DNA of 64,000 nucleotides from Bacteroidales bacterium UBA1176 (lineage in GTDB: Bacteria > Bacteroidota > Bacteroidia > Bacteroidales > WCHB1-69), in contig DBYW01000003.1 of assembly GCA_002311645.1 (NCBI GenBank), forward strand, positions 166,567 through 230,566. Direction: 5' to 3'. The notes beneath the pieces are model-generated. The model was not told the origin of the DNA and made no database searches. It saw only the letters and a program-made list of their open reading frames with translations. Positions 43,000 through 52,834 of the stretch are shown piece by piece; within the stretch, counting starts at the first letter, position 1; every line of letters begins with the position of its first letter. The translations under genes and the position numbers were made by a program.

Positions 43000-44664
43000 A
43001 TGCTCCGTGCCCTGCAGATAGAGAACTACGCGCTCATCCGCTCACTGGAGATGGCGTTCAACCAGGGCCTGACGGTCATCACTGGCGAGACAGGTGCGGG
43101 TAAGTCCATCCTGATGGGCGCCCTGTCCCTCATCCTTGGAACCCGTGCCGAAACCGACGTATTGCACGACAAGACAAGAAAATGCATTGTGGAGGGACTC
43201 TTTGACATCGAGGGGTTACCCTTGCAAGATTTCTTCAAGCAAAACGACCTCGACTACCAACCCGCCACCACATTGCGCCGGGAAATCAACGAGCACGGGA
43301 AGTCGCGTGCTTTCATCAACGACACCCCCGTGACCTTAGCCACGCTCCGGGCTCTCGCCTCCACCCTCATAGACATCCACTCGCAACACCAGAACCTGAT
43401 GCTGCGCGACTCCACATTCCGCCTGCGCATCCTTGACCAATACGCCTGCAATGGCGAACTGCAGGACCAATATCGGCAAAAGCTCTCCAAGCTCCGTCAA
43501 TTAGAACGAGAATACCAAGAACTCAAACAACAATGTGCAGACGCCGCCCTGCGGCAGGAGTTTCTCCAATTCACCGTCGACGAGCTTGACAAAGCGCAGT
43601 TGCAGCCCGATGAACAAGAGCACACCGAGCAGATGATTCGCGTGCTCAGCCATGCAGAGGAAATCAAGGGGCACCTCTACGCCGCCGCACAACAACTTTC
43701 CGAGCAGGAAGATGGCACCGTGTTGCAGAAACTCAAATCCGTACAATCGGAATGCGACGCACTTCGCGACATGGGGCCGGATTTCGAGACAATACGCAAA
43801 CGTCTTGAAGAGGTATTTGTCGAACTCACCGACATCTCCTACGAAATTGCCCGCAAGGAGAGCGATGTCACCATAGACCCGCAAGAGCTGGAACGTCTCA
43901 ACGAGCGTATCGATCTCATCTACACACTACAACACAAATACCAGGTGGACAGTGTCCCCGCGCTGTTGGAATTGTCCGAGCGACTGCGGCACGAGTTGTC
44001 GCAGCAGGATGACAATCGCGAGCAACTTGAAACGTTGGGGGCAGCGTGCGAAAAGCTCCGCAAAGAGACCTTGGCGTCTGCGAGACAGCTGACACAAAGC
44101 CGGCAGAAGGTCATCCAGCCGCTCTGCAAGGAGATAGAATGCAACTTGCGGGAGTTGGGCATGCCTGACAGCCGCATGGAGATTGTTCTGGAGACTCTGG
44201 ATGAGATGCAGGATTCGGGCATGGATCGTGCCGACATGCTCTTCACTGCCAACCGGGGTGTGGCGCCTGCCGATTTGAGCAAAGTCGCCTCTGGCGGTGA
44301 GATGTCCCGCATCATGCTGGCGATCAAGTCGGTAATCACAGACTCTGCACTATTGCCGACGGTGATTTTCGATGAAATAGACACAGGCATCTCCGGGGAG
44401 AGCGCCCACAAGGTAGGGGCCATGATGCAACAATTATCGCACCGCCACCAAGTGATTGCCATCACCCATCTGCCGCAGATCGCCGCTCGCGGCGACCAGC
44501 ACTACCTCGTGTACAAGGAGAATCGCGAGGGCACAACGGTCACCGACTTGCGTCATCTTGAGGGCGAGGAGCGCGTGGATGCCGTTGCCACCATGCTCGG
44601 TGGCGCGCACATCACCGAAGCCGCCCGTAATACCGCCCGCGAACTTTTGGAGAAAAAAAATTGA
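43000..44664 (+). CDS. recN: DNA repair protein RecN
   Basis: Walker A GETGAGKS, long coiled-coil middle, signature SGGE and Walker B IFDEIDTG. Confidence 0.92.
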   Translation: MLRALQIENYALIRSLEMAFNQGLTVITGETGAGKSILMGALSLILGTRAETDVLHDKTRKCIVEGLFDIEGLPLQDFFKQNDLDYQPATTLRREINEHGKSRAFINDTPVTLATLRALASTLIDIHSQHQNLMLRDSTFRLRILDQYACNGELQDQYRQKLSKLRQLEREYQELKQQCADAALRQEFLQFTVDELDKAQLQPDEQEHTEQMIRVLSHAEEIKGHLYAAAQQLSEQEDGTVLQKLKSVQSECDALRDMGPDFETIRKRLEEVFVELTDISYEIARKESDVTIDPQELERLNERIDLIYTLQHKYQVDSVPALLELSERLRHELSQQDDNREQLETLGAACEKLRKETLASARQLTQSRQKVIQPLCKEIECNLRELGMPDSRMEIVLETLDEMQDSGMDRADMLFTANRGVAPADLSKVASGGEMSRIMLAIKSVITDSALLPTVIFDEIDTGISGESAHKVGAMMQQLSHRHQVIAITHLPQIAARGDQHYLVYKENREGTTVTDLRHLEGEERVDAVATMLGGAHITEAARNTARELLEKKN

Positions 44665-44707
44665 ACTATACCTATTTATATATTATAACAACCGAAACTC
44701 TACTGAA

Positions 44708-45391
44708 ATGAAAAATACGACCACTCTCCTTCTGATTGCCGCCACGTTGCTTGTCAGCACCACGTCCCTGTCTGCGCAGCGCAACAAAATCCAACAAGAA
44801 AAGAAGTTCATTTTCCTCTCCTCGTTAGGGTATGCCGGCGGCGTAGGCGACATCCGACTGGCCAACTATGACTGCCACGACCTCATCCTGCCTCCAAAGG
44901 TCGAGGACGAAGACGTGCTAAAAACCGTTCGCAACAAGAACTTCAACATCCAAGTCAGCCAACTCTTCGCCTATCAGTTCAACAATTTCTTCTACATGGG
45001 CGTAGGAACGGGTATTGATTTCTGGAACAAGACCGCATTTGTGCCCTTGTACCTTAATCTCAGTGTGAACATGATGCAGACGCGTGTGGCACCGATGGCC
45101 TACATCAACCTTGGATGGGGATTCAAGTGGTACATCTCATCACATCCCGACAACAACCGCGTGATACACGGCAGCAACTGGGGACCCATGGGCGAAGGCG
45201 GCATCGGCATGCGCATACAACTCACCGACAAGGTGGCCTTGGTGCTGGCCGGCACCTACAAGGCGCAGTATTCCAAGATCCGCTATACCATCCCTGTGGA
45301 AAACGAGACCGACTATTCCGCCGACTTCACCAACAGCATACAACCCGTCATCTATCATTTCGCCGGATTCAAAGTGGGCGTCCTGTACTAA
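44708..45391 (+). CDS. Small outer-membrane beta-barrel protein (hypothetical)
   Basis: Signal peptide MKNTTTLLLIAATLLVSTTSLSAQ, alternating strand pattern and C-terminal ...FKVGVLY. The start is trimmed from the longer ORF that overlaps recN. Confidence 0.6.
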   Translation: MKNTTTLLLIAATLLVSTTSLSAQRNKIQQEKKFIFLSSLGYAGGVGDIRLANYDCHDLILPPKVEDEDVLKTVRNKNFNIQVSQLFAYQFNNFFYMGVGTGIDFWNKTAFVPLYLNLSVNMMQTRVAPMAYINLGWGFKWYISSHPDNNRVIHGSNWGPMGEGGIGMRIQLTDKVALVLAGTYKAQYSKIRYTIPVENETDYSADFTNSIQPVIYHFAGFKVGVLY

Positions 45392-45402
45392 TTCGAACCT
45401 CC

Positions 45403-45597
45403 ATGAAAGAGAACCTTACCTACACCGAAGCATTTGAACAATTACAACAAATTGTAAAGCAAATGGAAAACGCCGACATTTCCGTGGATGACTTGGCGGA
45501 GAACATCAAGACGGCCACCAAACTCATCAAAGTCTGCAAAGACAAACTCACGAAGACGGAAGAGGAAATCAACAAGACCATCTCCGAACTTTCCTAA
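45403..45597 (+). CDS. xseB: Exodeoxyribonuclease VII small subunit
   Basis: 64-aa helical protein MKENLTYTEAFEQLQQIVKQMENADISVDDL..., typical of XseB. Confidence 0.8.
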   Translation: MKENLTYTEAFEQLQQIVKQMENADISVDDLAENIKTATKLIKVCKDKLTKTEEEINKTISELS

Positions 45598-45598
45598 A

Positions 45599-46252
45599 AT
45601 GTCCACGTTCGACCTGATCGACCACGAAATCGAAGGCTACTGCGAAGAGCACAGCACTCCGGAAAGCGAGTTGCTTTATCGGCTCAACCGGCAGACGCAT
45701 CTGGAGACCATCAATCCAAGGATGCTCTCCGGCCAGCTGCAAGGGCTGTTCCTGACGATGGTGTCCCGCATGATGCGCCCCCGATTCGTCGTGGAAGTCG
45801 GCACGTTCACCGGCTACTCGGCACTCTGCCTTGCCGACGGGCTGGCTCCTGACGGCAAGCTGCACACCATCGAGCGCAACATCGAGTACGAAGACCGCAT
45901 CCGCGACTATTTCGCACAATCTTCGCTGAATGAGCGCATCGAACTGCACATCGGTGACGCGCGCGAGGTCATCCCCACCCTTGACATCACTTGGGATCTC
46001 TGCTTCATCGATGCCGAGAAGGAAGACTACGAGGAATACTACGACCTGTTGTTGCCCCGCACGCGCACAGGAGGTTTCCTGTTGGTGGACAACGCCCTAT
46101 GGAACGGCAAGGTCGCCGGGGAAGTGGCCACCAACGACCGCGACACGCACGCCATCCTCGCCTTCAACGACAAGGTGCAACGGGACCCGCGTGTCCGCAA
46201 CCTGCTCCTGCCCTTCCGCGACGGCATCATGATGATCGAAAAAACAATGTAA
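45599..46252 (+). CDS. Class I SAM-dependent O-methyltransferase (family 3, caffeoyl-CoA OMT-like)
   Basis: SAM motif [16 protein letters not shown] plus DGKLHTIE and FIDAEKEDY. Confidence 0.8.
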   Translation: MSTFDLIDHEIEGYCEEHSTPESELLYRLNRQTHLETINPRMLSGQLQGLFLTMVSRMMRPRFVVEVGTFTGYSALCLADGLAPDGKLHTIERNIEYEDRIRDYFAQSSLNERIELHIGDAREVIPTLDITWDLCFIDAEKEDYEEYYDLLLPRTRTGGFLLVDNALWNGKVAGEVATNDRDTHAILAFNDKVQRDPRVRNLLLPFRDGIMMIEKTM

Positions 46253-46254
46253 CC

Positions 46255-46938
46255 ATGCGCATAGACATCCTCACTTTATTCCCCGACATGTTCGAAGGCG
46301 TCTTCGGCGACTCCATCTTGAAACGCGCTGTCAACAAGCAACTGGTGGAGCTGCACACGCACGACATCCGGGCGTACACGACCGACAAGCACCACAAGGC
46401 TGACGACTATCCCTTCGGGGGTGAAGCCGGCATGGTGATGATGGTGGAGCCCATTGCCCGCTGTATTGAGCAATTGCAGAGCGAGCGCACCTACGACGGC
46501 ATCTACCTGATGGCACCTGACGGCGCCGTCTTCAACCAGCGCAAGGCCAACGAACTGTCAATGCTGAACAACATCATCCTGCTTTGCGGCCATTACAAAG
46601 GTGTGGACGAGCGCGTGCGCGAACTGTTCGTCACCGAGGACATCAGCATTGGCGACTACGTGCTCTCCGGCGGCGAGATTGCAGCCATGGCCATCACCGA
46701 CGCCGTGGTGCGCGTCATCCCCGGTGTCATCGGCGACAGCACATCTGCCCTCTCCGACTCCTTCCAGGACGGATTGCTCTCCGCCCCGGTTTACACGCGC
46801 CCCGCCGACTTCCGCGGGCATCGCGTGCCCGACGTACTTCTCTCCGGCAACGAAAAACTCATCAACGAGTGGAAACTTGAGCAACAGCTCATCCGCACCC
46901 GCGAACGCCGTCCCGACCTCCTTCAAGACCCTCAATGA
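46255..46938 (+). CDS. trmD: tRNA (guanine37-N1)-methyltransferase
   Basis: [13 protein letters not shown]..., [16 protein letters not shown] motif [12 protein letters not shown], and [11 protein letters not shown]. Confidence 0.92.
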   Translation: MRIDILTLFPDMFEGVFGDSILKRAVNKQLVELHTHDIRAYTTDKHHKADDYPFGGEAGMVMMVEPIARCIEQLQSERTYDGIYLMAPDGAVFNQRKANELSMLNNIILLCGHYKGVDERVRELFVTEDISIGDYVLSGGEIAAMAITDAVVRVIPGVIGDSTSALSDSFQDGLLSAPVYTRPADFRGHRVPDVLLSGNEKLINEWKLEQQLIRTRERRPDLLQDPQ

Positions 46939-48215
46939 TGCTCAATCCCAAAGAACTGCTTTCCGACAATCCACACTTCAACATGCTCTGCATGTTGCTA
47001 CTGCTCACATTGGCGACGTTGCCATTCACCAACTGGCTGCTGCTGCCCATAACCGTGGCCATGATCGTGAACTGGGTGTGGGAATGGAATTGGAAAGAAA
47101 AAATCAACAACCTGCGCAATCGCGCCACTTGGCCTGCAGCACTCATCTTTTCATCCCTCTACCTGCTCACCATCCTCGGTTTTTTCATCTCCTCCAACAA
47201 GGATGTCGCCCTGACGGAATTCGATTGCGATCTCCTTTTCTTGGTGGCCCCTATCGTCATTCTTTCATACAAACCCGAACTGTTCACACCGGCCCGGATG
47301 CGACTCCTTTTCGGCATCTTTGTGGTCAGCTGCATATTGCAATGCCTCATCATCGTGCCGTTAGGAATATATAGAGTGGCCGTCAGCGGTAACAACAAAT
47401 ACCTCTACTACATCTTTCTGTCCATCTTCAAACATCCCACCTACGTGGCCATGTATATGACCTTTGCATTGTTCCTATTGCTAAAAGACAGCTTTGACCA
47501 CTGGCCAACGACAACAAAAGCATATCGCATTGCAGCCATAGCAGCTTCAGTCCTGTTGTTTTTGACGACCATTCTCCTTCAATCCAAAGCCGGCCTCATC
47601 TGCATCGCATTGCTCTCCATAATCTGGATCTTTTACTATTTTGCCATCCGACTCCGCAAAACCATCTTAAGCCTGTTGGTCTTGGCCGCGGTCGCAGGTT
47701 GCACCTTCCTCGTATACCAATCAGGCATCATCGGGAACAACCGCGCCCAAGACACCATTGAGCAACTGAAGACCCACCACAAGAACGATTCCTCCGGCAA
47801 AGGAAGCAGCGAAGTAAGACTCACCATCTGGAAATGCGCCTTGGAAGTGTCGCAAAAGAACCTGCCTTGGGGCACCGGCACCGGTGACGCCATCGAGGAG
47901 ATGAAACTCAACGCCCTTGAGAAAAACTACACAAACCTCTTGGACCGCAACTACAACGCACATTGCCAATATATCCAAGAACTCATGGAAACCGGCATCA
48001 TCGGCCTTGTGATCACCCTTGTTTATTGCCTCTTTCCAATGATTGAAAGCATTCGGAGAAGAAACATCCTCCTCTTCACATTCGCCCTGCTCGTCCTGCT
48101 CAACATTTCTGTGGAATGCATGTTCGAAGTGCGTTCAGGCGTTGCCTTCATCGCTATCACCAACGTACTGCTATGGAGGATGGACGACACCGAAAAATTA
48201 ACAATTAACACTTAA
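46935..48215 (+). CDS. O-antigen ligase (Wzy_C)-like polytopic membrane protein
   Basis: About 10-12 hydrophobic segments and a loop with LLQSKAGLI. Its ATG overlaps the trmD stop (ATGA). Confidence 0.6.
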   Translation: MMLNPKELLSDNPHFNMLCMLLLLTLATLPFTNWLLLPITVAMIVNWVWEWNWKEKINNLRNRATWPAALIFSSLYLLTILGFFISSNKDVALTEFDCDLLFLVAPIVILSYKPELFTPARMRLLFGIFVVSCILQCLIIVPLGIYRVAVSGNNKYLYYIFLSIFKHPTYVAMYMTFALFLLLKDSFDHWPTTTKAYRIAAIAASVLLFLTTILLQSKAGLICIALLSIIWIFYYFAIRLRKTILSLLVLAAVAGCTFLVYQSGIIGNNRAQDTIEQLKTHHKNDSSGKGSSEVRLTIWKCALEVSQKNLPWGTGTGDAIEEMKLNALEKNYTNLLDRNYNAHCQYIQELMETGIIGLVITLVYCLFPMIESIRRRNILLFTFALLVLLNISVECMFEVRSGVAFIAITNVLLWRMDDTEKLTINT

Positions 48216-48273
48216 AATTTAACATATTTCAAATATTTATTTGATTTATTGTTAATCGTATTGATATTTTTTA

Positions 48274-48281
48274 TATTTTTG
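48274..48281 (+). promoter_or_regulatory. -7 box TATTTTTG for the 1336-aa gene
   Basis: TAnnTTTG match in an AT-rich spacer 79 nt before the ATG. Confidence 0.45.
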
Positions 48282-48359
48282 CTGCGAGAATACAATGACA
48301 TGAAACATGCTCGAACAAAAACATACCAACCTTAATATCAAACGATTAATAAAATCAAA

Positions 48360-51300
48360 ATGAGAAAAAAGCCATTATTCAAACCCAATTCAACCCCATG
48401 CAAAGGAGCCTCAAGGCTCCTTTTTTTATGGACATTATTTTTAACAATTAATTTTTTATTTTTCATCAAACCACACACAACTCATGCACAATCAACATGT
48501 TACATCACCTTAACGGCAACCTCGGAACCGTCGGCTTGTCAGGCAGACGGAAAGATCCATTGCGCATTGTCCGACACGGCGGGCTCCTCGTTGGAGCAGA
48601 TCCGTTACTCCTACATTCCGCTCGACGGCGGCACTGATTCCATCATGGAGACCTCCGAACCGCATGTTGACCATCTGCGGCCAGGAGACTACAAGGTCAG
48701 AGTGGCCGCCTTGTGCGCCACAGGACTGTCCGGACCCGATGCTTACATCATCGTAAAGGACTCTTTGGTTATAAACGTAGGCAGCTCCTACCTCATTCCC
48801 ACGGCAGGTGTCCTGTACAACTTGTTCACATTCAATGCCCCATACGGCATTGTGCCTTCCATGGAATGTCTGCCGACCGGACAAGTGCAAATCCGCCTTG
48901 AGCAAGGCACATTCCCCTACACCATAGAGGTATGGCGATGCACCAGCACCGACACACAGTTGATGCGCACCGTGCAATTTGACGCTCCCCAGCATACAGG
49001 CGACGACCCATTGCAATACAACTATCGCCACTACTACACCATAGACAGCCTGGAAATCGGCGACTACCGGCTGCTTTGTCACGACGGCTGCGGATATTAT
49101 ACGCCTATGCTGTACGTCTCCGTACCCAAAGTAAAACATGACACAGACCCCAGGCACCACTTGCTCCGAAACAGTTCCGGCATCTTGGACAGCCGCAACA
49201 TTGTGGTCTTCCGCGAAGACTTCCGGCTTATACATGCAGGGGCGCACAACGATGACTACTATTATTATATAAGCGGTACAGAACCCATGTATGAATACCG
49301 TTTTATCAACCCGACGCCAGGCACCGAACGCGACACCATGCCATGGCGCGTCATGCCGCCATCCATTGATGATGAACTGTTCCTGTACGACACCATGGCT
49401 AACATCGGCAGTTACTGCGAGGCATGGCTGAAGACCATCCAGTTGCAGGTGAGGCATATACCTTGTCCCGACACGATCTTAACCTACGACTTCACCCTTT
49501 ATCCACAAGGCAACAACCAATACAACACATCCCGGACCACCCACTATCTTTATCAGGAGGAAAGCTATTACGACCTTTGCAAATATCACACGGGTGGCGA
49601 CGCAAAGATCTCAAAATCAGACCAGCACATTTTCAGACACGAAATATACGGATGTCCAGACCCTTCAGATCCGATCTCCTGCTATTATCCCAATTATTAC
49701 ACACAAAGCGGCGGCATCCACTCCATCACAGACGGCATGAACAGGCACGCTTACCTCACACAACCCGTGCATTGCCTTGTGACAGACCTCACAACGGGCA
49801 GCCGCATTGACACTCTTTCCGACATCTGGGATGACTATTCCTGGAGTTTCACCATCAACACCAGTCCCATGCCGGATGGTGACAGCATCGGCGTCGAAAT
49901 AACAGACGACCTTGGTTGTCCTCTCTTCACAAAAGTATTTGTCGTCAACAATCAGACCGACACTTTTGTGAACCCCAGCAGGGACTCATATCCTTCATGG
50001 AGAAGCACCATCGCCGATGAAAACCCTTGCCCTGACAGGCCGCGGGGCGTGGGGGTTTTCCAGATGTCCAAGACCCCAATTCCCACCCTATACGAAGGAA
50101 GAACCATACGGCCTTATTACGGCGACACCATTTATTTAGTGAAGAGTCCCGAAAGCAATCTCTACAATTTGCGAGCCTACGCGGATTCCTTGGGCCAATA
50201 CATCGTGGAGATGGATCATCCGGAAAACGGAGCCTCGTTTCACTATGAGGAAACCTTCTATGCCTCCGTCTATTGGCCCTCAGGCATCCTTCGCAAAGTC
50301 AATTTGCCTGCAGGAACCTATGTTTGGGTCATCAAACACAGTTGCGAACGTGCCAACGACACCATCGTACAGGGCGCCACTTTCCGGGAGCCCTTGGAAG
50401 TCGCAGCGCCGCCGCATTACGAATTCACACGACGTTGTACGCAGTTAGAGATCACGCCGACATCGGGGCAATTCAGCTATGACGGCGACACATTGGCCAC
50501 CTTCTTCCAGATTCACATGGAAGACACCTTGATACACTCATACAATTCCGTACGGAAAGGCGAGCCAATGTACATCGGGACACCGGGCAACTACATTCTC
50601 AGCATGTATGCCCTGCCCTTCAACAACAATGACTTGCTGACAGATCATCCCTGTTTCAGGAAAGACACCCTTGTGGTTTGGGATGGCGAGACCATCCAGT
50701 TCGACTATCTTTACTCTTATGTTTGCAACGAAACCGACTCTACCGGCTTCGTGCGGGCAAGAGGGAAAAACGGGACACTTCCTTACACCTATACACTTTA
50801 CGATGCTCCCAACGGCAGTGGCAACATCATCGGGCAAAACGGGACCGGTGAATTCGACAACCTGCCCATTCATTATCGGCAAGCGCTTTCCATTGAGATG
50901 ACCGACGGTTGTCATGCCCATTTCCTCACCAATTTTACAGTCAGCGACCTGAACAAGATCCGCAAGGGGTGGGCCGAGAACGAACTCAACCTGATCACGC
51001 TTTGCGAAGAGACCATTTGTCACTTCTACGGCATCGCATTGGGCGATGTCACTTATCATTGGAGCGGGCCCGGCGGATTCGAGTCCTTCATCAAAGATCC
51101 CGTGGTACACATTGCATACGCGGACTCGTGTGCGGGCATTTACCATATTGAGATCCTTGGCAGCGGGTGCGGCATCCTACGCGACAGTATCAAATTAGAA
51201 GTCATCCCCTACTCCTGGATGGGGCTTGCGCGCGACACGGTCGTCTGCCCAGGCACGACCATCCCCATCGTCATCGAGCCCCACGGGGCAGGTCCGTTCA

Positions 51301-52370
51301 CCTACACCATCACGCGCAGCACACCGAGTGACACCAGCACTTACAGTTTCAGCAACCGTCCCGGCGGGATCATCGACACCATTTGGGAAACCGTCGTGGA
51401 GGACAACGTGCGGTATTTCGTCACAGAGATGGTCGACACACGTTGCGCGTCACGATTGTTGGAGGACACGGTCACCATCACAATGATGCCGCTTCACGGG
51501 GCGGACACGACTTTACGGGACACGGTCCATACGGAAGATTTGCCCTACGTTTGGGACGGCATAACATTCACAAAAGCGGACAGTGTCGTATACACTTTCA
51601 CCGGCACGAGTGTCTGCGACAGCACCGTCACCTGGGTGTTGAGCGTCATTGACACCACCGCGCCCGTGACGCCGCCAGACATACCGGTAGACACCATCAC
51701 GCCAACAGACACCATCACGCCGCCTGTCATTCCGCCGGACCCGCCCACGCCGCCCACGCCACCAACACCTGTGGACACTGTTTGTCCCGAAGCCGTAGAC
51801 TACGATGGCAACCACTACGCTGCCATCCGTATCGACCACTACTGCTGGACGCAAACCAACCTGAAGTCCTTGCATTACAGCGACGGCCGCCCCATTGACG
51901 AGCCCATGACGTACACCTCCGATTTCTATCCTGACAGCACCCACAATGTCAGCGTTTTCGGCATGTTGTACACTTGGTATGCGGCCGTGGACACGTCGAC
52001 GGCGGGCACGCTCACGCCCAAGGGCCATGTGCAGGGCATCTGTCCCGCGGGCTGGTTCCTGCCCGACAAGGAGCACTATCTATTGCTCCAGACGCATGGT
52101 GCGCCCGCATTGCGCTCACCGCTCTATTGGCTTGACGACCGCGGCGGGGACAACAGCACCGGCTTCACCGCGCTACCCGCCGGCTTCTACAACGGCCTGA
52201 AAAAACGGTTCGAGAACATGATGACAGAGGCGCGCTTCTGGTGCACAGAAAAGAGCTTCTCCAACCCCGAATCCATCTTTTTCCAGCTCACCAACACCTG
52301 CGACGAACTCAAAATTTCAGAATCCCGGAAGATTGACGCATACTCTATCCGCTGTATTTTAGAGGAATAA
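48360..52370 (+). CDS. Large secreted protein with C-terminal FISUMP (Fibrobacter succinogenes major paralogous) domain, 1336 aa
   Basis: Signal peptide, about 1100 aa of Cys-rich unknown repeats, a Pro-rich linker TPPDIPVDTITPTDTITPPVIPPDPPTPPTPPTP, then DGNHYAAIRIDHYCWTQTNL...ICPAGWFLPDKEHY...ARFWCTE...YSIRCI. Confidence 0.8.
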   Translation: MRKKPLFKPNSTPCKGASRLLFLWTLFLTINFLFFIKPHTTHAQSTCYITLTATSEPSACQADGKIHCALSDTAGSSLEQIRYSYIPLDGGTDSIMETSEPHVDHLRPGDYKVRVAALCATGLSGPDAYIIVKDSLVINVGSSYLIPTAGVLYNLFTFNAPYGIVPSMECLPTGQVQIRLEQGTFPYTIEVWRCTSTDTQLMRTVQFDAPQHTGDDPLQYNYRHYYTIDSLEIGDYRLLCHDGCGYYTPMLYVSVPKVKHDTDPRHHLLRNSSGILDSRNIVVFREDFRLIHAGAHNDDYYYYISGTEPMYEYRFINPTPGTERDTMPWRVMPPSIDDELFLYDTMANIGSYCEAWLKTIQLQVRHIPCPDTILTYDFTLYPQGNNQYNTSRTTHYLYQEESYYDLCKYHTGGDAKISKSDQHIFRHEIYGCPDPSDPISCYYPNYYTQSGGIHSITDGMNRHAYLTQPVHCLVTDLTTGSRIDTLSDIWDDYSWSFTINTSPMPDGDSIGVEITDDLGCPLFTKVFVVNNQTDTFVNPSRDSYPSWRSTIADENPCPDRPRGVGVFQMSKTPIPTLYEGRTIRPYYGDTIYLVKSPESNLYNLRAYADSLGQYIVEMDHPENGASFHYEETFYASVYWPSGILRKVNLPAGTYVWVIKHSCERANDTIVQGATFREPLEVAAPPHYEFTRRCTQLEITPTSGQFSYDGDTLATFFQIHMEDTLIHSYNSVRKGEPMYIGTPGNYILSMYALPFNNNDLLTDHPCFRKDTLVVWDGETIQFDYLYSYVCNETDSTGFVRARGKNGTLPYTYTLYDAPNGSGNIIGQNGTGEFDNLPIHYRQALSIEMTDGCHAHFLTNFTVSDLNKIRKGWAENELNLITLCEETICHFYGIALGDVTYHWSGPGGFESFIKDPVVHIAYADSCAGIYHIEILGSGCGILRDSIKLEVIPYSWMGLARDTVVCPGTTIPIVIEPHGAGPFTYTITRSTPSDTSTYSFSNRPGGIIDTIWETVVEDNVRYFVTEMVDTRCASRLLEDTVTITMMPLHGADTTLRDTVHTEDLPYVWDGITFTKADSVVYTFTGTSVCDSTVTWVLSVIDTTAPVTPPDIPVDTITPTDTITPPVIPPDPPTPPTPPTPVDTVCPEAVDYDGNHYAAIRIDHYCWTQTNLKSLHYSDGRPIDEPMTYTSDFYPDSTHNVSVFGMLYTWYAAVDTSTAGTLTPKGHVQGICPAGWFLPDKEHYLLLQTHGAPALRSPLYWLDDRGGDNSTGFTALPAGFYNGLKKRFENMMTEARFWCTEKSFSNPESIFFQLTNTCDELKISESRKIDAYSIRCILEE

Positions 52371-52422
52371 CGGCAATTCATTTTTTTTACCAACAAAGAG
52401 TTGTGTATTAAGAAAAAAAGTG

Positions 52423-52430
52423 TACTTTTG
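52423..52430 (+). promoter_or_regulatory. -7 box TACTTTTG upstream of rpmB
   Basis: TAnnTTTG match within the 19-mer shared with the rpmH promoter, 45 nt before the ATG. Confidence 0.5.
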
Positions 52431-52475
52431 CCGCCCGAAATAAAAAAGGAATATTAACATAAAAAGATAGAGAAA

Positions 52476-52709
52476 ATGTCACGAGTTTGTCAAATTACAG
52501 GAAAGAAAGCAGTGGTGGGCAACAATGTGTCCCATGCCAACAACAAGACGAAAAGAAAATTCAAGCCCAACTTACATACCAAGAAATTCTACGTTCCGGA
52601 ATTAGACGAGTGGATTTGGCTCAAGGTCTCCGCACACGGCATGCGCCATATCAACAAAAAAGGCGTCTACAGATGTCTCGTGGAAGCTTCTGAGAAGGGC
52701 ATCTTATAG
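52476..52709 (+). CDS. rpmB: 50S ribosomal protein L28
   Basis: [32 protein letters not shown]..., the canonical L28 N-terminus. Confidence 0.9.
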   Translation: MSRVCQITGKKAVVGNNVSHANNKTKRKFKPNLHTKKFYVPELDEWIWLKVSAHGMRHINKKGVYRCLVEASEKGIL

Positions 52710-52731
52710 CATTACACTGCCACAAGCCATC

Positions 52732-52772
52732 AAGCTGCTGTAGTTACCAAGCATTACAGCAGCTTTTTTTTT
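52732..52772 (+). terminator. Rho-independent terminator after rpmB
   Basis: 11-bp stem AAGCTGCTGTA/TACAGCAGCTT followed by a T-run. Confidence 0.75.
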
Positions 52773-52834
52773 GATGGCACAATAAAAACACGTTTCCTTC
52801 GTATTCAACTGGTCAGACTGCAAAAAAACGAATT

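Noticed and set aside
51780-52370. Diversity-generating retroelement target in the FISUMP (lectin-like) C-terminus
   Set aside because: There is no reverse transcriptase, template repeat or adenine-specific mismatch pair anywhere in the window.
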